A DNA stretch of 64,000 bases from an uncultured Methanomassiliicoccaceae archaeon (GCA_905187815.1 CAJJJM010000003.1:63575-127574); one strand, 5' to 3'. Positions 50,387-59,613 are shown, counted from the stretch's first letter. Program-made: numbers and translations. The notes: generated by a model from the sequence alone, not told the origin.

Positions 50387-53024
50387 CCCCTTCGACTTCG
50401 ATGACGTCCCTTGTGCATGCCTCGAAGTAATCGCATTTCCTGCAGTCCACCTTCGGCATGGCCTCGAAATCGGTCAGGGACTTCTCCACCGCCTGCGAAT
50501 GCATGGCGTCGACCATCTCCAGGAACGCGTCCAACACTTCCGATGGGACCTCGACGGACCCCGTGGTGACGACCATCCCGTCCATTATGTGACTGGCCAG
50601 CTTCCCTATCGCCACCGACGCGTCTTTCTCCGCGTTGTTCCCGGTCAGGCCGACGTTCTCGACGACGGCGTTCACTACCGCAGGATCGTTCCTCCACCCC
50701 GATGGGTCCCCAGATGCTGTCCCGGCGACAGCGTCTATGATCGTCTCCGCGTGTTCCCTCATGTCTTTCTTGAGTTCTTCCCGGAGATCATCGAGGAGCG
50801 CACGGCTTCCGGCTATGCATCCGTTCGTGCCTCCGTCCACAACGGAGACCGTGCGTATGTTGCGTCTGATGTCGAAATCAGGGTCGGACGACTCGACGTC
50901 ATGGTCCATCACATAGAACAGGTCGAACCTGCCGGAGAACCCCGGCACGGTCTCGGATGCTATGGCCAGGTAGAGGAGCGGCTGGAACTCGTAGTATTTG
51001 GCACCGGAGTCAGGGGTCATGGATGCGCCGATATTCTTGCCTTCGAGGCCCTTCCCTGTCTTGTAGTCCGTTATGACACCGTCCCACAGGAGGTCGAACT
51101 CCCCGTGGATCTCATGGGCAGTCGACTGATGGTCGGTCTCGCAGGAGGTGCTCGACGTCTCGAGTCCGAGGAGCTCTATGAACCTGTTGGGATGCTTCTT
51201 CCTGGAGTTGGAAGCGTCCAGGGTCGCTCTGACCCCGCGCAGGTCTATGTAGCGCATGATGTTGCGCATGGCCTGCCTGACCGCATCGGAATCGAACTCC
51301 TCCATCGTGGGGGATGACAGTCCAGAATAGCGGTCGGAGATCATGTTCACGAAGCTGTCGATGCCCATGCGTCTGACCTCGTCCCCGTGGCATGCGTACA
51401 GCTCCGCGAACGAGTGGATGAGGGTCCCGAACTCGATTACCTTCTTCTCCTCGGAAGGCAGGAGGGCGTTGAACATGTACCTGCGCGGACAGGAGTAGTA
51501 CGCGTCGAAGGATGTCTTTGAGAACTTCCTCTTGAAGGTCTCCACGCCGTCGATGATCATCTCGCCGCGCTTCCTTCCGGCAGGCGTCTCGTCGGAGAGC
51601 CATCTTCCGCGGACCAGGGGGGCTATGTCAGAGAACCTCTCGCACTTCCTTTTCAGGATCTGGTCGAAGAACAGGCAGGGTCTCGCATCATCCCCGCGCT
51701 TGGTGGTGTTGACGATGTATATCCGCCTCTCCCCCTGCTGGATCAGGGCTGAGAATCTGAGGGCGTTCTTCTCGGACTCGGACTCCGGATCGATGTACCT
51801 CCTGCCGACAGCCGGGACGTTCCAGTCCTGCTCCATGCCCAGGAAGATGACGACGGGCCTGTCCACGTACACGGAGTTGTGGCAGTCCGCCAGGAGCACC
51901 CCTGTGCGCTCCTTCTCCGGGATCTCCTCGTTGTGCTTCAGCTCCTTGACGTTGTCCACTGCGTACCTGAGCTCCGACAGCCTGTCGGGCGTGACGGTCT
52001 TGTCCAGCATGCCCAGGCTCTTCAGGACGGTCCCGACCCTTGACTTGCCGGTGGGGTCGCAAATGGCGTCCATCACCTCCTCGAAGGTCATCCCGTCGTA
52101 GAACGCGCGTTGCATTATCCCTCTGAGGCGGTGCTCGCCGGGAACCATGTCCTCGTCCTCGTCGATCTTGGATAGGAGGAATCCTTCCCTCCCCGGCCTG
52201 AAGTACTCCTTGTACCCGGTGAACAGCTCCTTCACCTGCCCCACGCGCACGGTCTCGAAGTCCATGGCGTGGGCAAGGAACCCGATGTAGTCCCTGATGG
52301 GTGTGAGGTCCCTGACGGAGAGGCTGTTCACGAAGGGGAGGTCCCTGCGGTAGAGGGCAGCCCTGACGGCGTCGGCTATCGGGGAGGAGGCGTTCATGAC
52401 TATGGCGAAGTCGGAGGGGCTCTCGGGATCGACCAGGTCCGCGGCGTGCTCCGCCAGCTGGCGGTCGTTCCCGACCTGGTGGAAGCACTCTATCTCGAAG
52501 TCCCCCGGCTTGACGATCTCTATCACATCGTGCTCCAGTGGCGTGAAGTGCTTGTCCAGGTCGTCGAACAGCTCGGGTCCGATGATGGCGACCCTCTTGC
52601 CCTCGAGTATCTCAGGGGTCTTCACCGCGGGGTCGAAGTCCCCCATGGCCTTCTCCCTCGTGGGCAGGTCGCGGTATGCGTCATAGACCCTGCGGGAACG
52701 GGCAGTCGTGAGATTGGCCCTGACCTCCCTGGTGTACCTCCGGATCTCCCTGAAGTTCAAAATCTCGCTGTAGACGTACTTGAAGTCCAGCTCCGTGTCC
52801 TCAGCGACCTTCGCGACCAGCTCCAGGTCGTTCATCTCGTAGTCCTGCAGGATCCCGTGGGAGAGCAACCCAGCGAGATGGCGCGGCGTGATAGCGAAGA
52901 CCCCCATGCGCACCGTGTCGATCCTGGCGTTCAGGGCCGTCTCCAGCGCGGCGTCGTTGGTGATGACGAGGTCGTAGCCGCGGACCTCCTCGTATAGCTC
53001 GTCGATGGACTTCAGGAGCTGCAT
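50370..53024 (-). CDS. AddB-like subunit: degenerate helicase-like N-region plus Fe-S PD-(D/E)xK nuclease domain
   Basis: 884 aa, no Walker A; C-terminal nuclease motifs (FGTLIHSF, GEFDLLWDG...DYKTG) bracketed by Cys (YYSCP ... CRKCDYFEAC) as in AddB/Cas4-type Fe-S nucleases; start overlaps addA-like stop. Confidence 0.7.
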   Translation of the reverse strand: MQLLKSIDELYEEVRGYDLVITNDAALETALNARIDTVRMGVFAITPRHLAGLLSHGILQDYEMNDLELVAKVAEDTELDFKYVYSEILNFREIRRYTREVRANLTTARSRRVYDAYRDLPTREKAMGDFDPAVKTPEILEGKRVAIIGPELFDDLDKHFTPLEHDVIEIVKPGDFEIECFHQVGNDRQLAEHAADLVDPESPSDFAIVMNASSPIADAVRAALYRRDLPFVNSLSVRDLTPIRDYIGFLAHAMDFETVRVGQVKELFTGYKEYFRPGREGFLLSKIDEDEDMVPGEHRLRGIMQRAFYDGMTFEEVMDAICDPTGKSRVGTVLKSLGMLDKTVTPDRLSELRYAVDNVKELKHNEEIPEKERTGVLLADCHNSVYVDRPVVIFLGMEQDWNVPAVGRRYIDPESESEKNALRFSALIQQGERRIYIVNTTKRGDDARPCLFFDQILKRKCERFSDIAPLVRGRWLSDETPAGRKRGEMIIDGVETFKRKFSKTSFDAYYSCPRRYMFNALLPSEEKKVIEFGTLIHSFAELYACHGDEVRRMGIDSFVNMISDRYSGLSSPTMEEFDSDAVRQAMRNIMRYIDLRGVRATLDASNSRKKHPNRFIELLGLETSSTSCETDHQSTAHEIHGEFDLLWDGVITDYKTGKGLEGKNIGASMTPDSGAKYYEFQPLLYLAIASETVPGFSGRFDLFYVMDHDVESSDPDFDIRRNIRTVSVVDGGTNGCIAGSRALLDDLREELKKDMREHAETIIDAVAGTASGDPSGWRNDPAVVNAVVENVGLTGNNAEKDASVAIGKLASHIMDGMVVTTGSVEVPSEVLDAFLEMVDAMHSQAVEKSLTDFEAMPKVDCRKCDYFEACTRDVIEVEGGEDDE

Positions 53025-53092
53025 GCCAGGTGGAAGCGCTGAGCCTATTCATAGGTTGTTTGAGACCTTAATATAGAAAATCGGACCATCCG

Positions 53093-53650
53093 GTGTCCAT
53101 GGACGATGTGTACGTTGTCGAGATAGCGACCACAGGACCCAAGGGGATCCCCAAGGACACGGTGGCGGAGGTCGCCGTATGCAGGATGCTCGCCGACGGG
53201 AGCGACTTCGACACCGTCTACGATTGTCTAATATCCATGGACCCGAGGGACATAGGAAAGGAGGGGCTGGACTATCTGACCGGGAACTACGGCATCCAGC
53301 CCGAGGAGCTGTACGCCGGGGAGGACCGCGACAGGGTGGTGTCGGACCTCCAGAAGGCAGTGTTCGGGAAGGAATGCACCTCGTACAACGTGGGGGCAGT
53401 GTTCGGGAAGTACCTAAGCTACGAGCCCTGGGACTGCACCGGGGAGCTGACCCTCCTCCCATCCATATCCATGAGGCTTGACCCGGACCTGAAGGGGCCC
53501 CCCGAGAGGGAGCACGAACTGATCAGGGCCGCCTACGAGAAGCTCTGTCCAGGAGATCCCGCTTGCGTGGGAGACGGGCGCAGGGCCGTTCACCTGGCTC
53601 AGATGGCGGTGTCGGTTCTCATGAGGCTCCGCCGCGACGGCTGGTTCTGA
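53093..53650 (+). CDS. catalytically degenerate paralogue of the DnaQ-like exonuclease
   Basis: Collinear with 41296-41955 product but Exo I DTE replaced by EIA, Exo II YDMD replaced by AVFG, Exo III HRALSDA replaced by RRAVHLA. Confidence 0.55.
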   Translation: MSMDDVYVVEIATTGPKGIPKDTVAEVAVCRMLADGSDFDTVYDCLISMDPRDIGKEGLDYLTGNYGIQPEELYAGEDRDRVVSDLQKAVFGKECTSYNVGAVFGKYLSYEPWDCTGELTLLPSISMRLDPDLKGPPEREHELIRAAYEKLCPGDPACVGDGRRAVHLAQMAVSVLMRLRRDGWF

Positions 53651-53652
53651 GG

Positions 53653-54066
53653 TCAGAACATCCTGACGAAGACGTTGTCCATCAGGATCATCGCGGCGCA
53701 TCCGAGGTACATCAGCACATAGATGATCCAGCAGGGCACGGCGATGAAGATCGAGAACACTCCGAGCGTCAGGAACACGGCCAGGATGAAGAATAGCGCA
53801 CCGAACAGCAGCGCCAGGTACCCCCTCTTCTGTCTGGGGTTCCTGTAGATAAGTCCGAGGCCGAGTATGCCGAAAAGCCCCGGTATGAGCGTGAGGACGA
53901 GAGCCAGCTTCTTGCTGTAGCTCCTTCCCTTCTCGTTCCTGGGCCTCTGGTCCCTCTCCTTGCGGACCGGCTCCGGCTCCACCGGGATCTTCTTGTAGCA
54001 CTTTGGACAGGTCAGACTGTTGCTGGGGACGAGTTCCCCGCAGTACGGGCAACGCCTCTCCGCCAT
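53653..54066 (-). CDS. zinc-ribbon membrane protein (paralogue family member 5)
   Basis: CPYCGEL...CPKCYKK ribbon then 3 TM helices. Confidence 0.6.
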   Translation of the reverse strand: MAERRCPYCGELVPSNSLTCPKCYKKIPVEPEPVRKERDQRPRNEKGRSYSKKLALVLTLIPGLFGILGLGLIYRNPRQKRGYLALLFGALFFILAVFLTLGVFSIFIAVPCWIIYVLMYLGCAAMILMDNVFVRMF

Positions 54067-54070
54067 CCGG

Positions 54071-54499
54071 TCACCCCTTGAGGACGAACGCGGTGTTCGT
54101 AGCAGAGGCTACCAGCTTCCCCTCCTCCGAGAGAACGCGGACCTCGTACATCTCCAGCGACCTGGACCTGTTGACCGGTGTGCATATGGCCCTGAGCCTG
54201 CCCTGGGCGGGCCTGTAGTAGTTGATGCTGGAGCTGGATCCTGTGCACGGGTGGGCTATGTTGCAGAGGATGGCGAACGTGTGGTCCACAAGGCCGTAGA
54301 TCGCGGCGCCATGGCCGCGACCCATGCTGTTCATGAGATCTGGACGCAGCTCCATCTCGCAGACGGCCTCATCCTTCGATATCGAGACGATCTCGATGCC
54401 CATCATCCGGGCGAAAGGCGCGTTGTACATGTCCATGACGTTGTCCGCATACTGTTTCACGTCGTCGGACATCCTATTGAGGAGTTCGTCCCTGTCCAT
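54071..54499 (-). CDS. PaaI-family hotdog-fold thioesterase
   Basis: 142 aa; MGIEIVSISKDEAVCEMEL...GRGHGAAIYGLVD pattern. Confidence 0.75.
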   Translation of the reverse strand: MDRDELLNRMSDDVKQYADNVMDMYNAPFARMMGIEIVSISKDEAVCEMELRPDLMNSMGRGHGAAIYGLVDHTFAILCNIAHPCTGSSSSINYYRPAQGRLRAICTPVNRSRSLEMYEVRVLSEEGKLVASATNTAFVLKG

Positions 54500-54667
54500 G
54501 CGGGGTCTAACGTAGGGGTTGTATTAAGACTTTAATCGAATCCATGCCTGATGCTCGGAATTTCTTGGAAAGTATTCCGGAAACGTCAGAAAACATCCAT
54601 TCTGTTCATTTTGAACGATAACAATTTATCGAAAATCATTAAATAAACAATCGTCGTTTCTCCTATC

Positions 54668-55189
54668 ATGGGATGCAGCGAGGACAGTCTACGTACCACC
54701 TGCGGCGCCGGCTATCTGATCATGGGGGCGCTCACCATATTCTCGACGCTCCTCACATTGGGAGGCCTTCTCGTCGCCGCCGTCCTACTGTTCTCGCCGT
54801 CCGATGCGATGGTCGAGGTAGTCATGACAGACCTGAACGGCGTCATCCCGGGCGCCACCGTGGATGAGACGGTCGTGTCCGTGGTGCTCTGCACACTTCT
54901 GACCATGGTGCTCGCAGCCTCGTTCTACACGATCGGCCATGTGCTCAGAAGGGTCAGTGTCGGGGACCCTGCCGTTCACGGCAGCTTCTCCCGCATAAGG
55001 GGGATGGCGGTCGTGGCCGCCGCCATGTGCGTCCCCTACCTGGTGTTCCGCCTAGCCTATTATGGGAACATCGGCCCTTTGGCAGAGGCGGCGGCAGCCT
55101 GCGTGCCCTTCATGGTCCTGGCCGTTGCCATACACTGCGCCTACATCCTGCTCCGTCGCAGGGTTCCATCTCCGGCTGACGGGTCGTAG
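54668..55189 (+). CDS. hypothetical integral membrane protein
   Basis: 173 aa, 4-5 hydrophobic helices, no conserved motif recognised. Confidence 0.4.
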   Translation: MGCSEDSLRTTCGAGYLIMGALTIFSTLLTLGGLLVAAVLLFSPSDAMVEVVMTDLNGVIPGATVDETVVSVVLCTLLTMVLAASFYTIGHVLRRVSVGDPAVHGSFSRIRGMAVVAAAMCVPYLVFRLAYYGNIGPLAEAAAACVPFMVLAVAIHCAYILLRRRVPSPADGS

Positions 55190-55250
55190 GCGGGGTGTTC
55201 GGTTCCTCTGAGGCACAACCTTCGAATACGTCCCGGGATATGGGTCCGAC

Positions 55251-56582
55251 ATGGCGGAGACCGTCACGGTTACACAGCTGAACTCCCGTGTCAAGACCAT
55301 CCTCGGGAACTCCCCAGCTGTCAGGGACATCTGGGTCAACGGGGAGATCTCCAACCTGAAGAGATACCCCTCGGGCCATTATTACTTCACGCTCAAAGAC
55401 CCGGGCAGCGAGATACGCTCCGTGATGTTCGCCCACAGCCGCCAGAGGATCGATTTCGAGCCCAAGGAGAACATGAAGGTCTCCGCATTCGGATCCGTGG
55501 ACATGTACGTCCAGAGGGGAGCGTACCAGTTCGTCGTCGAGAGCATGAGGCCAGCGGGGGTCGGCGACCTGTACCTGGCTTTCGAGGCTCTGAAGAAGAA
55601 GCTGGAGGCAGAGGGTCTTTTCGAGCAGTCACGGAAGAGGAGCCTTCCCCGGTACCCGAGGACTATAGGGGTCGTAACCTCCGAGAAAGGCGCCGTCATA
55701 CACGATATCATCACCACATCCGCATCCCGCTTCCCAGCCGACATCATACTCGCTCCGGCTCTGGTCCAGGGGGAGGGCGCCGCGGATTCCATCGTCGCCG
55801 GGATCAGGCTCCTGAACAGGATCGGCGTGGACGTCATCATCGTCGGCAGGGGCGGCGGGTCCCTCGAGGACCTCTGGGCGTTCAACGAGGAGCCGGTGGC
55901 ACGTGCCATCGTCGCCTCCGAGGCGCCTGTGGTCTCCGCCGTGGGGCATGAGACGGACTTCACCATCGCGGACTTCGTCGCCGATGTCAGGGCGCCCACT
56001 CCGACCGGTGCCGCCGCCATCATCCTGAGGGACAGGACCGAGATAATGAACCAGGTCGTGACGGACATGGCCAGGGCCTCACGCGCCCTCTCCGGTTCGC
56101 TGGACCGCATGAGGCACAGGTTCGAGGTTCTCGACGCACGGCTCTCCCCGGAGAAGGCGCTCGATGACCTCAGCATGAAGTCGATGGCCCTTGACGACCT
56201 GATGAACCGGTCGCAGAACGCCCTGAACGGGAAGGTTGGCGACATGAGACGCAGATACGAGGTCGTGAACGCCAAGCTGTCGCCGGTCGCCGGCCTATCC
56301 CGCATCGATGTCCTCAGGGGGCGCGTGGACAGCCTCTGCTCCCGTGCGGAGTCAGCCACCGTCAGAAGGATGGAGGGATCAGGAGCCAGACTGGAGTCGC
56401 TGTCAGGCAGATTGGACTCCCTCAACCCGATGAACGTGCTCTCGAGGGGATACGGGATGGTGACCGTGGACGGCACGGCCATAACGTCCGTGGACGACAT
56501 CGAGGTCGGCGGGATGGTGAGGATCCATCTGAGGGACGGCTCAGCGGCCGCCCAGATCAAGGAGAAGGAGAAAGATGACTGA
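55251..56582 (+). CDS. xseA: exodeoxyribonuclease VII large subunit
   Basis: N-terminal OB fold (VTQLNSRVKTILG...VWVNGEISNL) and catalytic core (GRGGGSLEDLWAFNEE), C-terminal coiled-coil. Confidence 0.9.
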   Translation: MAETVTVTQLNSRVKTILGNSPAVRDIWVNGEISNLKRYPSGHYYFTLKDPGSEIRSVMFAHSRQRIDFEPKENMKVSAFGSVDMYVQRGAYQFVVESMRPAGVGDLYLAFEALKKKLEAEGLFEQSRKRSLPRYPRTIGVVTSEKGAVIHDIITTSASRFPADIILAPALVQGEGAADSIVAGIRLLNRIGVDVIIVGRGGGSLEDLWAFNEEPVARAIVASEAPVVSAVGHETDFTIADFVADVRAPTPTGAAAIILRDRTEIMNQVVTDMARASRALSGSLDRMRHRFEVLDARLSPEKALDDLSMKSMALDDLMNRSQNALNGKVGDMRRRYEVVNAKLSPVAGLSRIDVLRGRVDSLCSRAESATVRRMEGSGARLESLSGRLDSLNPMNVLSRGYGMVTVDGTAITSVDDIEVGGMVRIHLRDGSAAAQIKEKEKDD

Positions 56583-56817
56583 TTATGAGAACGTGGATGA
56601 GATGAGCTTCGAAGAGAGCATCGACGCCCTCGAGGGCCTGGTCAAGAGGCTCGAGGACGGCGGCATCGACCTAGACGAGAGCCTGAGGATCTACGAGCAG
56701 GCGGTCGCCCTCAGGGACCACTGCAAGAGGATACTCGAGGACGGAGAGCGCAGGATAAAGAAGATCATGGAGACGGCCGACGGCACGGTCAGGGAAGAGG
56801 GGTTCGACCTCGACTGA
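56575..56817 (+). CDS. xseB: exodeoxyribonuclease VII small subunit
   Basis: 80 aa; FEESIDALEGLVKRLEDG...LDESLRIYEQAVAL canonical XseB; overlaps xseA end. Confidence 0.85.
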   Translation: MTDYENVDEMSFEESIDALEGLVKRLEDGGIDLDESLRIYEQAVALRDHCKRILEDGERRIKKIMETADGTVREEGFDLD

Positions 56818-57676
56818 CGATGTCCCAGAGGGTCACGCCCTTCTCGGATGCCCATGATGCGGTGTCCCTGTAAAGATCGGTCTTCACGAAGCACTGGTCC
56901 GAGAACGCGAGCCTCAGGGCTCCTCCCAGCTCGCCCTCGTTGAGCCCGCGGCTGTTGAACGAGCCGAAGTTCTTCTTCAGCGCGATCAGGAGGATGCTGA
57001 CTGTGTCGTGGCCCCTGGCCGCGTCCCACTGGTCCTCCAGATCCTGCGCTGCGTCGTCTAGCCTGGAGAGCAGGGCCTTCCTGCCCATGCGGCAGCTCTT
57101 CGAATTGAATATCACCGCATCGACCATCGCCCCGGCGTTCAGGGACAGGGTCCTCGGGTTGATGAAGCGCTCGAACTCCAGGTCCTTGAAGCTGAGGTTC
57201 AGACCCTCCCTCTGGGAGATGAACATCAGGAGGCCCAGCGGATAGCTGGCTGAGATCAGCGCATCCCTCACGGGCCCCACCGTCTCGGTGAACCTCGCAA
57301 GAAGGTCCTGGTCGGAGTACTCGTCCAACACGTCTTGGAGCGCGTTGCTCCGTATGACCATCATCTCCATGTCGCGGCAGTCGGTGTGGAAGAGTGGAGG
57401 TTTGGCCCGCTTCCCCCGGAGCCTGTCGAGGTCAGGGTCAACAATCCCTATGACCCTGCCGTCGCCCCTTTCCGACGACATCCCCTTGACCGCGTTGCGG
57501 ACGTTGTCCTTGGAATGGGCCTCGATGATGCGGACTTCGTCTTTGTCAATGAACTTCTCGAAAAGGCGCTCGTCGGTGACGCCCTCCACAATGAGGAACG
57601 TCCCCCTGAACACCGACCTCTCCATGGAGATCTGGTTGCAGATGTCGTCCGGTGTGATGTACTCACGCATCGACAT
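56789..57676 (-). CDS. DUF4435 / OLD-type TOPRIM-like nuclease protein (AriB-like)
   Basis: 295 aa; LIVEGVTDERLF (Toprim Glu) and IGIVDPDLD (DxD) motifs; immediately downstream of and overlapping an ABC-type ATPase gene. Confidence 0.65.
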   Translation of the reverse strand: MSMREYITPDDICNQISMERSVFRGTFLIVEGVTDERLFEKFIDKDEVRIIEAHSKDNVRNAVKGMSSERGDGRVIGIVDPDLDRLRGKRAKPPLFHTDCRDMEMMVIRSNALQDVLDEYSDQDLLARFTETVGPVRDALISASYPLGLLMFISQREGLNLSFKDLEFERFINPRTLSLNAGAMVDAVIFNSKSCRMGRKALLSRLDDAAQDLEDQWDAARGHDTVSILLIALKKNFGSFNSRGLNEGELGGALRLAFSDQCFVKTDLYRDTASWASEKGVTLWDIVSRGRTPLP

Positions 57677-58724
57677 GCCTCAGCTCCCTTGCGGAGTCCC
57701 ACATGTCGTGGATGACCTGCGGCGAATGGGTGGCGACGATCATCTGGATGCCCCTCACTCTGCAGATATCGCTGTAGTACCTTCCGAGCTTCTGCTGCCA
57801 GCTCACATGGAGGGATATCTCGGGTTCGTCCAGTATCACCACCGATCCGGCATCCGCGTGGAAGAGAAGAGCGAAGAACATGATCAGGATCTGCTTCTCA
57901 CCCGATGAGAGCCTCTGGATCGGGAGCGACATGCCGTTGTACATCGTGATGCCGATCTTCCCGTTCTCGGACACGGTGACGGACTTGTCGATGAAGAACT
58001 CGTTCACTATGTCCTTGAAGATGATGACGGACTCCGCCAGGGTGTAGTTCCGGTCCACGTACTCGGATATCGATGCTGTGAGAGACATGTAGCCCTCGCG
58101 GTCCTTGGCTATCTCGTACCTCGAAGGAGGGAACTTCATCCTGGGGGGCAGCTCGGGCTCGAATCCTGCGTCCTTGATGAAGTCCAGCTTGGCCTTCAGG
58201 TCCTTGGCCCAGAACTCCAGCTCCCCATCGGTGAGGTCGTCCCTGGCATGCTCCGGATGGGGCTCGAGTTCGGAGTGCTCCTTCGCGTAGCGGAACCTCT
58301 CGTACAGCTCGTGGGCGTACGCCTCCAGGGTGGGGACGATGTGCCCGTCCCTCTTCCTGTAGGCCAGTCTCTCCGGCGGTATGTAGATGGACTTGCAGAC
58401 CTCGGCCATGTCGTCTGGTGTGAGGGGCACGTCCACCTCGTTCTTCTGCATGAGGACGTTCAGCCTCCCGTCGTAGTTCTGGAGGACCATGATCGCCTCG
58501 TCCTCGAACCAGATCTCCATCCTCTCGAACGGCGTCTCGGAAAGGTACCTCATGTCGCCTTTGAGGGCGGCATACACCATGTGCATCAGGGTGCTCTTCC
58601 CCATCCCGTTAGGGGAGTGGATGAAGGTCAGTGGCCCGCACAGGTCCAGGTCGTAGTCGTATTCCGAGAACAGTTTCGTTACGTGAATGGATTCGATCAT
58701 CATGGCCGCCCTCAGGATTGCCAT
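57663..58724 (-). CDS. AAA_15/AAA_21-type ABC ATPase (AriA-like); start may be at 58703
   Basis: Walker A SPNGMGKST, inserted helical region, signature LSSGEKQ, Walker B VVILDEPEISLH, H-loop VATHSP; no transmembrane partner. Confidence 0.75.
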   Translation of the reverse strand: MAILRAAMMIESIHVTKLFSEYDYDLDLCGPLTFIHSPNGMGKSTLMHMVYAALKGDMRYLSETPFERMEIWFEDEAIMVLQNYDGRLNVLMQKNEVDVPLTPDDMAEVCKSIYIPPERLAYRKRDGHIVPTLEAYAHELYERFRYAKEHSELEPHPEHARDDLTDGELEFWAKDLKAKLDFIKDAGFEPELPPRMKFPPSRYEIAKDREGYMSLTASISEYVDRNYTLAESVIIFKDIVNEFFIDKSVTVSENGKIGITMYNGMSLPIQRLSSGEKQILIMFFALLFHADAGSVVILDEPEISLHVSWQQKLGRYYSDICRVRGIQMIVATHSPQVIHDMWDSARELRHVDA

Positions 58725-58779
58725 CTAGATATTTTGGCTTGACGCTAGGTTTATTTGAGCATCATGGTTCCATCCCCTC

Positions 58780-59613
58780 ATGGACGCGGACGCCGCATTC
58801 GCCGAGATCAGGAACGAGATAGCTCAGGGAAGGGGGGCAGAGGTCGGCCCCAGGCTGCTTGAGATAGCAGAGTCCGACAAGGACCCCATGAACCGCATCA
58901 AGTGCCTCTCGCTCCTCAAGGTCATCGACGTCTCCGGTGTGTCGAAGGAGATTCTCCGCATGCTTCTCGAGGACCTTCCCGATGACCGCGCCACCCTCGT
59001 GCAGGTCGCCGGCGCCCTCCGCGGTCTAGAGTATCCGTCCAGCGCCCTCTCCATCCTGAAGGAGATGGATCAGGACGATTCCATCATCAGGATGTCTGCC
59101 CTGTGCCTCATCGACCTGGAGGAGTACGAGGACGCCATGGCCAAGGCTGATCAGATAAGGGAGGTCACCCCGTTCGACCGCGTCATGCTCACCGAGATCA
59201 AGAGCGCCCTGGGGATGCACAACGAGGCCATCGGCATCGCGACCGAGCTCCTGGAGGAGTTCCCCCAGAACTACGAGGTCAGGAGGGCCTACGTGTCAGC
59301 GCTGATGCTCGGCGGGAAGGACAAGGAGGCAGCCAGGTACGCCAGGGCTGCCGTGAAGGACAAGACCGCGGACTCCAACGCGATAGCCGCCTACGTCCTG
59401 AGGATCGCAGGCAACTACAAGGCGGCCGCGGGATACGCCACCAGAGCCATCAACATCGACAACGGCCACATCGGGGCCATGGAGACCCTGGGGATATGCC
59501 TCGCGGACAAGGGCGAGTACGACAAGGCCCGCATCATCGCAGGGGCGATCAACGAGAAGTCCCCGGGGGACAAGGCCGCCCTCAACGTCCTCTCGTACTG
59601 CGAAGGTCACTGA
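58780..59613 (+). CDS. TPR-repeat protein
   Basis: 277 aa with repeated 34-residue helical-hairpin periodicity. Confidence 0.65.
   Translation: MDADAAFAEIRNEIAQGRGAEVGPRLLEIAESDKDPMNRIKCLSLLKVIDVSGVSKEILRMLLEDLPDDRATLVQVAGALRGLEYPSSALSILKEMDQDDSIIRMSALCLIDLEEYEDAMAKADQIREVTPFDRVMLTEIKSALGMHNEAIGIATELLEEFPQNYEVRRAYVSALMLGGKDKEAARYARAAVKDKTADSNAIAAYVLRIAGNYKAAAGYATRAINIDNGHIGAMETLGICLADKGEYDKARIIAGAINEKSPGDKAALNVLSYCEGH

Noticed and set aside
56789-58724. Septu or AbiL assignment for the ATPase plus small-nuclease pair
   Set aside because: The second protein shows a Toprim Glu and DxD arrangement (DUF4435/OLD-like) rather than HNH (Septu PtuB) motifs, and the ATPase-first overlapping gene order matches AriA/AriB. 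RloB-like (AbiLii) cannot be fully excluded without an HMM search.
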